The translations under genes were made by a program, and so were the position numbers. DNA of 63,377 nucleotides, the filler included, from Octopus bimaculoides (taxonomy: Eukaryota), in the NCBI RefSeq assembly GCF_001194135.2. It is 5 parts of 5 records of this genome, joined end to end, with 100 filler letters (N's around TTAATTAATTAA, not from the genome) between each part and the next. Parts side by side here need not be neighbours in the genome. Positions count along the whole stretch, not along the records: positions 61,141 to 63,377 come from NC_068982.1; 4 more parts are not named here. One strand, given 5' to 3'. The notes beneath the pieces are model-generated. The model was not told the DNA's origin. It ran no database searches and saw only the letters and a list, made by a program, of their open reading frames with translations. Below, one piece after another: positions 62,700 to 63,377 of the stretch. Within the stretch, counting starts at the first letter, position 1, and every line of letters starts with the position of its first letter.

Positions 62700-63290
62700 A
62701 TTACTGTTAATAATTTATAATATCAGTGGCTAGCATGCGTAAAGGAACCATAAAGGCAAGAATTATCAATTAATAATGAAAGGTACTACTTGTAGCATCA
62801 GAATGCTAAAGATAGCAGTCAAAACTATTCAAAACCACAATTTTCACAAGTACACAAGAGCGATATCGAAGGAACGGGCAGTAAAATTTTAAGACACCGT
62901 GCCATAGATGAAAATAATCGAAAATGAAAGTAGAAATACTCATATAGCAGTGATTTCGAACTTTGAGAATGATCGCTTTGTTCTCGTCAGTGAGTAATAC
63001 TGATCCACGGCGAAAGCCATGCTCGCCTCATTCATGTGCTCGATAATAATTTTTAACGCCGCGGTAAATTTAAAAAGATGTTGGAAGTGAAAAGAAATTA
63101 TAAAAATAAACGAGGATATTATTGTTAATAATTTACAATAATATCAGTGGCTAGCATGCGTAAAAGAACCATAAAGGCAAAAATATGAATTAATAATGAA
63201 GGGTACTACTTGTAGCACTAACATGCTAAAGAGAGCAGTCAAGACGACTTAAAACCACAGTTTTCACTTGTACACAAGGGCGAAATCGAT
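62700..63290. repeat. Direct duplication of a ~170-bp non-repetitive segment, period 421 bp
   Basis: tatcagtggctagcatgcgtaaa at 62721 and 63142; similarity continues to gtacacaag.gcga.atcga. Confidence 0.9.
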
Positions 63291-63377
63291 TTCCAAGTAT
63301 ATATATATACCTTGCTCAGAGATTTATTATGTATATATATATATATATATATATAATAATTTTCCCAGAGGAATATG

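Overview
AT-rich, microsatellite- and gap-laden eukaryotic intergenic/intronic DNA. The SINE families and assembly style suggest an octopus genome (inferred from memory of the repeats, not from a search). One protein-coding gene is well supported: a minus-strand ionotropic glutamate receptor-family subunit. Six exons (50657 to 43323) have canonical, phase-compatible splice sites and give about 554 aa covering the ATD end, S1, M1-M3, S2, M4 and a short C-tail; the 5' ATD exons were not securely found. Its ligand pocket looks delta/GluN1-like rather than glutamate-type, and its pore loop reads M-T-R-G at the Q/R site. The rest is three tRNA-headed SINE families (here called A, B, C), RTE and Penelope-like retroelement fragments, hAT, Tigger and mariner relics, an LTR-like island, minisatellites and several inverted repeats. 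Three degenerate minimal hammerhead-ribozyme motifs were found; one has a U3:A8 core covariation and lies sense within the receptor intron. Most long ORFs in the track are artefacts of N gaps and microsatellites. Repeat boundaries are approximate unless a TSD or TIR is quoted.
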